DNA of 64,000 nucleotides from Candidatus Doudnabacteria bacterium RIFCSPHIGHO2_01_FULL_46_14 (GTDB lineage: Bacteria > Patescibacteriota > Doudnabacteria > UBA920 > 2-01-FULL-46-14). The notes under the pieces are model-generated. The model had not been told where the DNA came from, ran no database searches, and saw only the letters and a program-made list of their open reading frames with translations. Of this stretch, positions 48,551-57,577 are shown one piece after another (within the stretch, counting starts at the first letter, position 1; each line of letters opens with the position of its first letter). A program made the translations under genes and the position numbers. The DNA is taken from NCBI GenBank assembly GCA_001779925.1, contig MFEK01000014.1, positions 1,011 to 65,010 of the forward strand. Direction: 5' to 3'.

Positions 48551-48631
48551 CCCCGCGTTAGAAATTTCCGATTACAACGGTATAACTATAATTATGAAAA
48601 TAATATTAACTCAAAAGGATTTCTAACGGGG
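48551..48631. mobile_element. Family A element A7 (81 bp) in an ATGA overlap
   Basis: CCCCGCGTTAGAAAT...ATTTCTAACGGGG; TGAA at 48547-48550 and 48632-48635. Confidence 0.9.
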
Positions 48632-49395
48632 TGAAAACTATCATACTTTGCGGCGGTAAAGGCACGCGCATGAAAGAGGAGACCGAGTTCAAACCGAAGC
48701 CGCTCGTGGAGATCGGCGGTCGGCCCATTCTCTGGCATATTATGAAAATTTACGCTCATTATGGTTTTCGGGAATTTATCTTGGCCTTGGGATATAAAGG
48801 CGAAATGATCATTGATTATTTCCTGAAGCATAAATATTTGCTGAATGATTTTACGCTTGACACTGGCACGGGCAGTGTGGAGTTTCATGACGAAAATCAT
48901 GACAATTTGAAAATCACTTTTGTGGATACGGGTGCCGAATCTTTGACCGGCGAGCGGATTATGCGCGTAAAGAAATATCTGGACGGCGATCAGTTTATGG
49001 TGACCTACGGCGACGGAGTGAGCGACATTGACATCAAAGCCCTGGTGGATTTTCACAATAAACAGAATAAAATCGGCACGATCTCCGGCGTGCAGCTCCA
49101 GACAAAATACGGATTAATTAATGTTGACGAAACCGGTTTGGTGAAAAATTTTCGCCAAAAACCCCTGCTTTCTGATTACGTCAGCGGGGGGTTTATGGTG
49201 TTTAACAAAAAAGCCTTGGACTATATTAATACGGGTTGGATTGAAAGCTCTTTGGAAAAGCTGGCCGATGAAGGCCAACTCGCCATGCATAAACACGATG
49301 GTTTTTGGAAAGCCGTTGATACCTACAATGAGCTGACGGAGCTCAATAAATTGTGGGAAGATGGCAGACCCTGGGCAGTGTGGGAGAAAAATTAG
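48631..49395 (+). CDS. rfbF: Glucose-1-phosphate cytidylyltransferase (GTG start from A7)
   Basis: LCGGKGTR, KPKPLVEIGG, TYGDG and GFWKAVDT motifs. Confidence 0.88.
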   Translation: MKTIILCGGKGTRMKEETEFKPKPLVEIGGRPILWHIMKIYAHYGFREFILALGYKGEMIIDYFLKHKYLLNDFTLDTGTGSVEFHDENHDNLKITFVDTGAESLTGERIMRVKKYLDGDQFMVTYGDGVSDIDIKALVDFHNKQNKIGTISGVQLQTKYGLINVDETGLVKNFRQKPLLSDYVSGGFMVFNKKALDYINTGWIESSLEKLADEGQLAMHKHDGFWKAVDTYNELTELNKLWEDGRPWAVWEKN

Positions 49396-50114
49396 ACAGA
49401 TTTTTTTTTGAGCCAGCGAAACCAGGAACCAAAGATAAAAAACAAGAACAAAAAAGCCCATTTCACCAACTGGTACCAGTGGGCCGTGCCAGTAGATTCG
49501 CCGACGCGCGGGCGATAGGTCACCGGAATCTCCACAAACGGGATGCCTTCCCGGACCACCAGGAGCATCATCTCCAGAGTGAAAATAGCACCGCCTTCCC
49601 GCCATTGGGATTTGACGCGCTCTACCGCTTCGCGCCGCAGCAAGCGATAATTGCAGCCCACGTCTGACAAAGTAGTGGTGTTGAATAGGACCTCGATCAC
49701 TTTGGCTTCCAGCACATTTGCCCATTTTCTCCAGTAGCCCATAGCCGCCCCGGAAAGAATAGTGAAGCGGCTGGTTCTGGTGCCAAACACAACCGGCAAA
49801 TCTTTCCCGAAAACAAGCAGCTTTTCTAAATCACGCGCCGTGTAAGTGGCATCCGGTTCGCAGATAATGATATAGTCGCCTCGGGCGGCGAGCATTCCTG
49901 TTTGCGCAGAATATCCAAAGTGCTGTTTGGGACCGTGAATGATTCGCGCCTTGGTTTTTTTGACTTCTTCTTCAGTGCCTGGTTCGGCACTGTGATGAAC
50001 CACCAACACTTCGTCCACAAAACCGGTGGCAAAAAACTCTTCGATAACGCCGCGGATTGAATTTTTTTCTCGATAAGTCGGAAGAATAACAGAGACCATT
50101 TTTCCATGATACAT
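49392..50114 (-). CDS. GT2 glycosyltransferase (DPM1-like)
   Basis: SVILPTY, EPD, LSDVGC and YRPRVGES motifs. Confidence 0.85.
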   Translation of the reverse strand: MYHGKMVSVILPTYREKNSIRGVIEEFFATGFVDEVLVVHHSAEPGTEEEVKKTKARIIHGPKQHFGYSAQTGMLAARGDYIIICEPDATYTARDLEKLLVFGKDLPVVFGTRTSRFTILSGAAMGYWRKWANVLEAKVIEVLFNTTTLSDVGCNYRLLRREAVERVKSQWREGGAIFTLEMMLLVVREGIPFVEIPVTYRPRVGESTGTAHWYQLVKWAFLFLFFIFGSWFRWLKKKSV

Positions 50115-50158
50115 ACCAGGCAGTATACAATATTTTTTATTTTTGCGATAATTAAGCC

Positions 50159-50632
50159 ATGTCTAAACATAAGCGGCTGGAAAATCTGGCGCGGGAATTG
50201 ACCGGCATCGCGCGGCCAAAGCAGGATGTCCCCCAGCTGATTTTTGACGCTCTTACGACCTTTATGCCAATGGTCGCCGTGGAGATAGTGGTTGTAAACA
50301 GGAGGGGCGAGATGCTTCTAATTTGGAGAGAGGATCGATATTGGCACGGCTGGCATTTTCCAGGAGGGTTGCTGCGGTTTGGCGAGAGTTTTGAAGAACG
50401 CCTGCAAAAGACAGCCCAGCACGAGCTTGGGGTAAAGATCAAAAGCCATAGATTTTTAATGCCGAAAAACTATGGTCGGCATGAGCGCGGCCATGATGTT
50501 TCTCTGATTTATGTGTGCGAGTTGGCCGGTCCTCCCAAACACGGCAAATTTTTCAAAACCATGCCGCGTGAAATCATCACGGTTCATAAATCTCTGTGGC
50601 AGGAGGTTCGAAAAAATATTTCTAAAAAATAG
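50159..50632 (+). CDS. NUDIX hydrolase (GDP-mannose hydrolase-like)
   Basis: WHFPGGLLRFGESFEERLQKTAQHELG. Confidence 0.75.
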   Translation: MSKHKRLENLARELTGIARPKQDVPQLIFDALTTFMPMVAVEIVVVNRRGEMLLIWREDRYWHGWHFPGGLLRFGESFEERLQKTAQHELGVKIKSHRFLMPKNYGRHERGHDVSLIYVCELAGPPKHGKFFKTMPREIITVHKSLWQEVRKNISKK

Positions 50633-52693
50633 ATGAAATATTTATTCGAAAAACTTGCCAGCATTAACCGATACGGACTGGTAATCCCAGGCATTGCCCT
50701 GGCTACAGTTGTTTATTATCAGTTCGCTTATTTTGTTTTCATCTATACTAACGCTCAAGCACATCGGATCGTGCCTGATTTTTTTGATTTTACGCAAATG
50801 GTGTTCCTACCGGAGCCATACGAGACTATCGGCTATTTTTTGGGCTTTTTGATTATCCCATTTCTGGGATTGCTTACTGCCTCCTTGTTTAATTTTTTGG
50901 TAGATAAAAACTATATTAGGCGCGAATTTGTGCAAAAATGGCCGATTGCCCTAGTAGTTTGCGCTTTGGCTTTTCTGTCGTACAAAATCGCGCTGCACCT
51001 ATTGTGGTTTGATGTATGGCATGAAACCGAACCGCCCGGAGACTTGAAACTGCAATTAATGCTGCTTTCTAGCATGGGCATCGGCCTGCTTCTCTACTGG
51101 CGAAGTTTTGATATCTCCCGACTCTTCGCCTGGGCAGAGAAACTGCCATGGGGGAAAATCCGTCCGATTTTATTTTTGTTTCTCGCCTTGCTTCTACTCT
51201 CGCCGAATTTCCCTTTTGATTACCATCACTACACTGACCAGATTGCTCCGGCCAATGATTTGCTCCACAGTAAGCAGTTTCTGAACCGCGATGGAACCTA
51301 CAGCCATTATGGTTTGCTGAATACATATTTTTGGTATGCTTTATTTAGCTTTGTTCCGATTTCTTATCAGGCAGCGTCTTTGGCGGTAATGCTCGCGGCA
51401 GTTGCTTGGTTTTTTGCCTGGTATTTTATTTTTCGTAACTGGCTGAAATCTGAAGCCATTGCCGCGCTCGCGACTCTGGTTATGATTGTTTTTTTCACTG
51501 TGCCCAAACTCGAGTTTGATTCGATTTATGGAGCGCCTTCCGCTACGCCGTTCCATCAGTTAGGGTTTTTGGTGGTGGCTTTGCTGTGGCTTAGATTTGC
51601 ACTGCAAAGTCAGAGTATCCGCACCGTGAATCTGATTTTAATGAGTACTGCTGTTGCCGCATTTTGGTACGTGGATACAGGTTTGTATGTGGTGGCTAGT
51701 ACGCTCGGCGTGTTTGCGTTTTGGAATTTTTTTTCTGATGGGCCGCTTGCACGCAGGATAAAAGATTTTTTGTGGATAGCAGTCAAACTAGTTTTAATGA
51801 TTTGCGGCCTGGTTGCTGCCTATTCTGTGTGGCAATTTTTTCGGTTCGGCGCGTGGCCAGATTGGCCACTTTTGTATTTTCCAGCGCTCGTTTATCAGAG
51901 CGGCTACATGATGGTGCCGCTGCCAAGCTATGGGTTTTATTTAGTTTTTATTTTTATCTTTTTAGTTTCCTTGGGTTATTTGCTTTGGAAAGCCTACAGG
52001 GAAAGCGAAAAGCTGCCAGAACTTGTCTTTCCTTTATTTTTGACACTGTTTGGGGTTTTGCAAATGCTTTATTACATCACCCGTTCGCATACCACCAACC
52101 TTGCCCCGCGCGTCTCGTTTTTTTTGGTGGCCATTATTGCTTGGTGGTGGACACTTCTAAAAAATGATCGTGAAACAAAGCGCAATATTTATGTGGCTTT
52201 TTCCAGCGTCCTAGCTGGTATACTCATCTTTGTGGCCCTTGCTGGCGCCTACAAATTTCGGAACGCTTTTTCCAGCCGCAATTATAACATAGCCGGCAAT
52301 TATAGGTCAGAATTTGTGGGTCGTGCGGATGTTTATGGCGGTAACGCAGATATTCTCGAGGATATCGCGATTCTAAAGAGCGACTACAATTCGATTGAGC
52401 GGCCCGCGGTTTTCCACTGGTGGGATTCAAAAATATTTATAGATTTAGAGAAGACCAATCATCTGCCGATTTTTTTGTTTCAATCAATCCTCTTAAAATC
52501 AGAGGTAGACCCGATAGTGGCAAAGATTCGAGAGGATAAGCCGCAGTATGTATTTATTGCCCGTAAAGATGTGCCCGCTGTATACGGTTTTGAAGTGTTT
52601 TTTGATAAATTGGATTATTTTTATGATGGCATCAAGGATCTATATATTGTTGATCGGCAGTTGAAAACTATGAATGTTTTGAAATTAAAATAA
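50633..52693 (+). CDS. Polytopic membrane protein, probable GT-C glycosyltransferase
   Basis: About 14 TM helices; D..SHYG motif; soluble C-terminal domain. Confidence 0.6.
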   Translation: MKYLFEKLASINRYGLVIPGIALATVVYYQFAYFVFIYTNAQAHRIVPDFFDFTQMVFLPEPYETIGYFLGFLIIPFLGLLTASLFNFLVDKNYIRREFVQKWPIALVVCALAFLSYKIALHLLWFDVWHETEPPGDLKLQLMLLSSMGIGLLLYWRSFDISRLFAWAEKLPWGKIRPILFLFLALLLLSPNFPFDYHHYTDQIAPANDLLHSKQFLNRDGTYSHYGLLNTYFWYALFSFVPISYQAASLAVMLAAVAWFFAWYFIFRNWLKSEAIAALATLVMIVFFTVPKLEFDSIYGAPSATPFHQLGFLVVALLWLRFALQSQSIRTVNLILMSTAVAAFWYVDTGLYVVASTLGVFAFWNFFSDGPLARRIKDFLWIAVKLVLMICGLVAAYSVWQFFRFGAWPDWPLLYFPALVYQSGYMMVPLPSYGFYLVFIFIFLVSLGYLLWKAYRESEKLPELVFPLFLTLFGVLQMLYYITRSHTTNLAPRVSFFLVAIIAWWWTLLKNDRETKRNIYVAFSSVLAGILIFVALAGAYKFRNAFSSRNYNIAGNYRSEFVGRADVYGGNADILEDIAILKSDYNSIERPAVFHWWDSKIFIDLEKTNHLPIFLFQSILLKSEVDPIVAKIREDKPQYVFIARKDVPAVYGFEVFFDKLDYFYDGIKDLYIVDRQLKTMNVLKLK

Positions 52694-52699
52694 TCTGAT

Positions 52700-53449
52700 A
52701 TGGACCTCGATGTCTTTGAAAAAAATTATCAGCTGGAAAATCGGTACTGGTGGTATCTGGCGAGAAGCTACGTTTTTGATAAATTACTTTCCCGTTTTTT
52801 TCCGAACTCTACGGGAAAACAAATTATAGATATTGGCTGCGGTTCAGGCGGCGTCATTCCCATGCTTTCGAAACACGGCCAGGTTCTGGGGCTCGATATT
52901 GAGCCGCTCGCGCTGGAATTTTGCCGCAGTAAAGGATTTGAGAATGTGGCCTTGATGAAAGGATATTATGACACTGGTCTGCCGTCTGAATCGGCAGATC
53001 TGGTGGCTTTGTTCGATGTGTTGGAGCATTTTGAAGACGACGAACGTGCGCTTGCCGAAACCAATCGCATTCTCAAACCGGGCGGACATGCTTTGATCAG
53101 CGTACCGGCTTTCAAATTTTTATGGAGCGAGCTTGATGATGCTGCCCACCATTTCCGCAGATATACAAGACAGGATATGGAGCAAAAACTCGCACGCCAC
53201 GGCTTTGAGATAATCAAATCAAGCTACCTGTTCTTTTTTGTTTTCCCGTTGGTGTTCATCCACAAGCTTTTCGGCATGGGCAAAAAACGCGAGAATCCCA
53301 AGTTTCGCTATCAGGAGTTTCCTTCACTCCTCAACAAAGCTCTAGTCATTCCTTCCAAGCTCGAAGCATTTCTCCTCAATTTCCTCCGGTTCCCAATCGG
53401 TTCCACGCTTGTTGTCTTGGCGCGAAAAAAAGATTATAATTTACACTAA
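52700..53449 (+). CDS. Class I SAM-dependent methyltransferase
   Basis: IDIGCGSG, DVLEH and HFRRY motifs. Confidence 0.9.
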   Translation: MDLDVFEKNYQLENRYWWYLARSYVFDKLLSRFFPNSTGKQIIDIGCGSGGVIPMLSKHGQVLGLDIEPLALEFCRSKGFENVALMKGYYDTGLPSESADLVALFDVLEHFEDDERALAETNRILKPGGHALISVPAFKFLWSELDDAAHHFRRYTRQDMEQKLARHGFEIIKSSYLFFFVFPLVFIHKLFGMGKKRENPKFRYQEFPSLLNKALVIPSKLEAFLLNFLRFPIGSTLVVLARKKDYNLH

Positions 53450-53454
53450 CAACC

Positions 53455-53835
53455 ATGAAAATCACAAGAAACATAAAGCCCGAGGTAGTTGAGGACAGAG
53501 GAAACATTACGCGTATTCTGGATGTCGAGGAGCCTCTCCATAGCGTGCTTTATGTCACGTCCAAGGCTGGATCAACCCGGTCAAACCATTACCATAAAGA
53601 AGATACGCATTACTGCTACATTATTTCCGGAAAAGCCCAGTGGCATGAACGAGCGGTCGATGGCGGGCAAATAGAAAAAGAAATTTTGAACGCCGGCGAT
53701 ATGGTGGAAACTCCGCCGATGACCATTCATGCTGTAAAATTTTTGGAAGACACAGTTTTTCTCGCATTCTCGACACAGCCGCGCAACCAGGAGCACTATG
53801 AGGACGATACAGTACGCGTCAAATTGATCGAATAG
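53455..53835 (+). CDS. Cupin-fold protein (sugar isomerase-like)
   Basis: DRG, RSNHYHK and IHA motifs. Confidence 0.8.
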   Translation: MKITRNIKPEVVEDRGNITRILDVEEPLHSVLYVTSKAGSTRSNHYHKEDTHYCYIISGKAQWHERAVDGGQIEKEILNAGDMVETPPMTIHAVKFLEDTVFLAFSTQPRNQEHYEDDTVRVKLIE

Positions 53836-53837
53836 CT

Positions 53838-54719
53838 ATGGGCACGCTTGGTTTCGGAGTAATTGGCACCGGCCGGTTTGGTCAACATTATACGAGGCTC
53901 CTTCGGGAAATCCAGGGAGTCTTTTTACTTGCAACTGCCAGCCAACATGAGAATAATTCGGAGGCTTTACTTGAAAATCCAGATATAGACTGCGTAGTGA
54001 TCGCCAGTCCCGCGGCTACGCATTTTGAGTACATCAAGAAAGCATTAAAAAACGGTAAACATGTGCTCGTGGAAAAACCTATGGTGACAAGCGCTGCCGA
54101 GGCCGAGGAAATAAAAATTCTAATAGCAAAAAGCGGCAAGATATTCATGGTCGCGCATCAATATTTATATAACGATTACATTCGAGCACTTAAAGCGCGA
54201 ATCGAAAGCGGCGATCTGGGGGAAGGGGCAAATATTAACGCAGAGCATTTGTATCCCGGGCCGATTCGGCAGGACGTGGGAGTGTTTTGGGATGCGGCCC
54301 CGCATGAAATGGCGATAATTGATTATCTTTTTGGACCAAGCAGGGTAATCTACGCTCAAGGCATTGCCAGAAAAGTTTCCGGCGCGCCAGTGGATGATTA
54401 TGTTTCTGTGGATGTGCAGTTTGAAAACAAAGTGTTTGCCTCCCTCCTTTATAATAGCGCCAGCCTGCAAAAAACCCATCGGATTGTTTTGACAGCATCC
54501 AAAGGGACGGCAATTTATGATGACATGGCCGATGATAAGCTAAAATTCAATCTGGGCAAAGAGCCGGTAATTGAAAAGATCAGTGCACGGGAGCCGTTGC
54601 GCAGTGAGCTTGAGCATTTTACTTCATGCGTTCGTAACAATACACTGCCGCTGACGGATATTGACCACGGCTTGCGGGTCATAAAGAATCTGGAAATGGT
54701 TTACGAACACCTCAATTGA
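53838..54719 (+). CDS. Gfo/Idh/MocA oxidoreductase
   Basis: GTGRFG, HVLVEKP and WDAAPH motifs. Confidence 0.9.
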   Translation: MGTLGFGVIGTGRFGQHYTRLLREIQGVFLLATASQHENNSEALLENPDIDCVVIASPAATHFEYIKKALKNGKHVLVEKPMVTSAAEAEEIKILIAKSGKIFMVAHQYLYNDYIRALKARIESGDLGEGANINAEHLYPGPIRQDVGVFWDAAPHEMAIIDYLFGPSRVIYAQGIARKVSGAPVDDYVSVDVQFENKVFASLLYNSASLQKTHRIVLTASKGTAIYDDMADDKLKFNLGKEPVIEKISAREPLRSELEHFTSCVRNNTLPLTDIDHGLRVIKNLEMVYEHLN

Positions 54720-54741
54720 GGTTAACGTTTTAGTTATCCAC

Positions 54742-54770
54742 TTGACAATAGGTGAACGAGCGTTCATCAT
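54742..54770 (+). promoter_or_regulatory. Promoter with a palindromic operator TGAACGAGCGTTCA
   Basis: TTGACA at 54742; operator at 54753-54766 in the spacer/-10 region; ATG at 54777. Confidence 0.55.
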
Positions 54771-54776
54771 TTATTT

Positions 54777-56441
54777 ATGACGCAAGTGCAAGCTCTGGCG
54801 ATTTTAAAAACCGGAGCGAATGTTTTTTTGACTGGGGAACCAGGGGCCGGTAAAACTCACATTGTCAATGAATATGTCGCGTATCTGCGCAGACGGGGGA
54901 TAACGCCAGCCATCACTGCCTCAACCGGCATTGCCGCCACACACATAAGCGGTATGACCATCCATTCCTGGAGCGGCATTGGCATCAAAACCCACCTTGA
55001 TAAATACGACCTTGACCGTATTGCCTCAACCGAGCGAGTGGTGAGACGCATTGAAAACACATCTGTTCTGATCATTGACGAGATTTCTATGTTATCTTCC
55101 GGGACGTTGTCTATGGTGGATGCGATTTGTCGCGATGTGCGGCGCTCTCCAGATCAAGCGTTCGGCGGCCTGCAAACTATTTTCGTTGGCGATTTTTTCC
55201 AACTGCCTCCAGTTTCAGAAAACTCGGATCACGGCTTCGCTTACGAGTCTCCTGCCTGGAGCGCTGCCGATCCCACGGTTTGTTATTTGACTGAACAGTT
55301 CCGTCAGGATGACGAGGATTTTTTGACTCTGCTCAAAGCCATTCGCGCCAATACTTTCAACAGCGATCACGAGCGGTATATGCTGTCACGAAAAAAACAG
55401 GTGAGCGAAGTCTCTGAATCCATCCCGCGATTTTTCCCGCACAATGCCCAGGTTGACCGGGTGAATGAGGATAGGCTCAGCAAGCTTGCTGGAGACCCAA
55501 AAATATTTGCCATGTCTACGAAAGGCGCTGCAGCACTCGTGGAATCACTCAAGAAAGGCTGTTTGTCGCCAGAGAATTTACAGCTCAAGGTTGGCGCGGC
55601 CGTGATGTTTACGAAAAATGTGCAGAAACAAGGTTTTGTGAATGGCACGCTGGGCACTATCAAAGATTTCAACACCACTACAGGTCTGCCGATCGTGAAG
55701 ATGAGAAGCGGCCGAACCGTCACAGTGGAACCAGCGGAATGGTCATTGCAAGAAAACGGCCGCGTGCGGGCGAGTATCACACAGCTTCCGCTGCGCCTGG
55801 CATGGGCCATCACTGTGCATAAAAGCCAGGGCATGAGTCTTGATGAAGCGGCCATGGATCTCTCAAACGTGTTTGAATACGGCCAAGGCTATGTAGCGCT
55901 GTCGCGCGTCCGCCGCCTCTCGGGCCTGCATATTTTCGGCTGGAACGCGCGCACCTTTCAGGTGCATCCGGAGATTTTGGCAAGCGACAACCAGTTCCGC
56001 AGCGCATCTGCTACGGCCGAAATAGCGTTAAATAGCATGCCTGCAGAAACACTTCAAAAAGCTCATGACGATTTTGCCGCGCGCTGCGGCGGGCATCCGG
56101 AATCTGCCGAAGATTCTCCCGGAGAAGAGCTCTCTGCGCTCGATACCTATGGCATTACCCTCGCATACTGGAACGAAAACAAGACTCTCGCTGAGATTGC
56201 CACTGTGCGCGAGCTCAAGGAGGAAACGATTTTGTCGCACATCGAAAAACTCGCGAACACAGGCAAGATTGCCAAAACCGACATCTCTCGCCTCCTTACC
56301 CCAGCGCTCGACCAGGCTCTGCCGGAAATCCACGCCGCGTTCCGCGAGCTTGGCCATGACAAACTCTCGCCCATCAACGCCCATTTTTCCGGCCGCTATC
56401 CCTACGACAGCCTGCGCATCGCGCGCATGCTTTTGAAATAA
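54777..56441 (+). CDS. Pif1/RecD-like SF1B helicase with a C-terminal HTH
   Basis: GEPGAGKT, IDEISM, GDFFQLPP, AITVHKSQG and YVALSR motifs. Confidence 0.92.
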   Translation: MTQVQALAILKTGANVFLTGEPGAGKTHIVNEYVAYLRRRGITPAITASTGIAATHISGMTIHSWSGIGIKTHLDKYDLDRIASTERVVRRIENTSVLIIDEISMLSSGTLSMVDAICRDVRRSPDQAFGGLQTIFVGDFFQLPPVSENSDHGFAYESPAWSAADPTVCYLTEQFRQDDEDFLTLLKAIRANTFNSDHERYMLSRKKQVSEVSESIPRFFPHNAQVDRVNEDRLSKLAGDPKIFAMSTKGAAALVESLKKGCLSPENLQLKVGAAVMFTKNVQKQGFVNGTLGTIKDFNTTTGLPIVKMRSGRTVTVEPAEWSLQENGRVRASITQLPLRLAWAITVHKSQGMSLDEAAMDLSNVFEYGQGYVALSRVRRLSGLHIFGWNARTFQVHPEILASDNQFRSASATAEIALNSMPAETLQKAHDDFAARCGGHPESAEDSPGEELSALDTYGITLAYWNENKTLAEIATVRELKEETILSHIEKLANTGKIAKTDISRLLTPALDQALPEIHAAFRELGHDKLSPINAHFSGRYPYDSLRIARMLLK

Positions 56442-56454
56442 ATAAGATTAGCTT

Positions 56455-56502
56455 GCCCGCCTCGTCATAGCTTTTTGACCGTCCGAAGCCTTGGCGGAGG
56501 TG
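56455..56502 (-). repeat. Intergenic family C repeat
   Basis: Reverse complement contains CCTCCGCCAAGGCTTCGG, matching 22003-22030. Confidence 0.65.
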
Positions 56503-56591
56503 GAAGGGGAGGGTGATAATAATATGGCCAATAGAAAATCCAGCGAACAAAATATTCGCCATGGAGAGGTTTTTGTTTATATGAAAAAGAA

Positions 56592-56625
56592 AAACAGCGC
56601 GATTGCTATGGCAATCGCGCTGTTT
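56592..56625 (-). terminator. Rho-independent terminator
   Basis: AAACAGCGCGATTGC-TATG-GCAATCGCGCTGTTT; T-run on the minus strand. Confidence 0.8.
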
Positions 56626-56627
56626 CG

Positions 56628-56984
56628 TTAGAGAATGTGGGTGATATTCTCGAGGAGGGCTTTCTCCAGTTTTTTCCTGGAAAAGAGGGGGAAATGTTCC
56701 GGGAGTTCGTCGTCGAGCGCTCTATTGATGGCGTCAGCGATTCGTTGATCCCGAGGTCCGGTGTTTTTCATTTTTCGTTCAATGTATCCGTGGATTTCAA
56801 TATGATCCCCGCGATACTCGTCGTTGCCCCGACCTTCATCGCAGGCATCAAGCAACCGTTTCCACTGCCCATCTTCTAGCTCGTCAGCTACGTCATCGAT
56901 CAAACCATGAAAGATAATGACGTGCATTCCTTCACGAAGCCTTCTATCTAAAATCATCATCACGGCGTCCACATTTCCGCTCAT
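56628..56984 (-). CDS. Hypothetical protein
   Basis: 118 aa with a GGAGG SD and its own terminator. Confidence 0.65.
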   Translation of the reverse strand: MSGNVDAVMMILDRRLREGMHVIIFHGLIDDVADELEDGQWKRLLDACDEGRGNDEYRGDHIEIHGYIERKMKNTGPRDQRIADAINRALDDELPEHFPLFSRKKLEKALLENITHIL

Positions 56985-57241
56985 CCTTATCCTCCTGTTT
57001 TGATTGCGTTAAAGGAGAAATACTAGCAGAAATTCGCCTTCCTGTCAACACTTCCTGCCAACGGCTATCATTGCCTTAACCGTGAGACTGACTGCGAGTA
57101 TAAAGGCTTGGAAGTTTATAATTTTGTATACGAGAGATACCCTGGCCCAATTAAAGTTAAATAATTACATATTTAATTAGGTAATTCCCGGGGCAGGGGT
57201 GTGATTCCTGACTCTCAATCAGAATCCCAGCTCAACCAACG

Positions 57242-57271
57242 CGTAGTACAATTCTACCGAATTGTACTACG
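57242..57271. repeat. 30-bp palindrome upstream of the ArsR gene
   Basis: CGTAGTACAATTC-TACC-GAATTGTACTACG. Confidence 0.85.
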
Positions 57272-57296
57272 TTTAGTTTTATGCTATGGTGGAGGT

Positions 57297-57569
57297 ATGA
57301 AACGCTGGACGCAAATTTTTAAAGCTTTGGCTAATATGAACCGGTTGAAGATCATAGCATTGCTGGCTGACCGAATGCCGCTTACTGTCACGGAGATTGC
57401 TGACGAGCTTGGCATTTCTTTTCGGGCAACGTCGCGGCATTTGTTGCTTCTCAGCAGCCTGGATATTCTCGTGAGCCAAGGCAAGGACGGACATGTTTAT
57501 TATGGTTACAATAGCAGCATGCCTGTGGACATTAAAAAGATTGTCGAGCTTTTCCTTCACAACCTTTAA
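57297..57569 (+). CDS. ArsR/SmtB-family winged-helix regulator
   Basis: FKALAN.NRLKII.LL...TVTEIA..L.....TSRHL..L. Confidence 0.9.
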   Translation: MKRWTQIFKALANMNRLKIIALLADRMPLTVTEIADELGISFRATSRHLLLLSSLDILVSQGKDGHVYYGYNSSMPVDIKKIVELFLHNL

Positions 57570-57577
57570 TATATACG

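Noticed and set aside
12720-48635. Family A repeats as a CRISPR array or integron attC sites
   Set aside because: Copies are dispersed inverted pairs, not direct repeats with spacers, and there are no cas or intI genes. The GTTAG core superficially resembles an attC GTTRRRY site, but it points inward at the left end, internal L boxes are not evident, and 4-bp duplications fit transposition better.
54734-54742. Replication origin
   Set aside because: Only a single imperfect DnaA box, with no cluster and no dnaA/dnaN nearby.
57201-57296. Long N-terminus of ArsR in the ORF track (similarly 31107, 45710, 60001)
   Set aside because: The extension runs through the palindrome/promoter or overlaps upstream genes; downstream ATGs match family N-termini.
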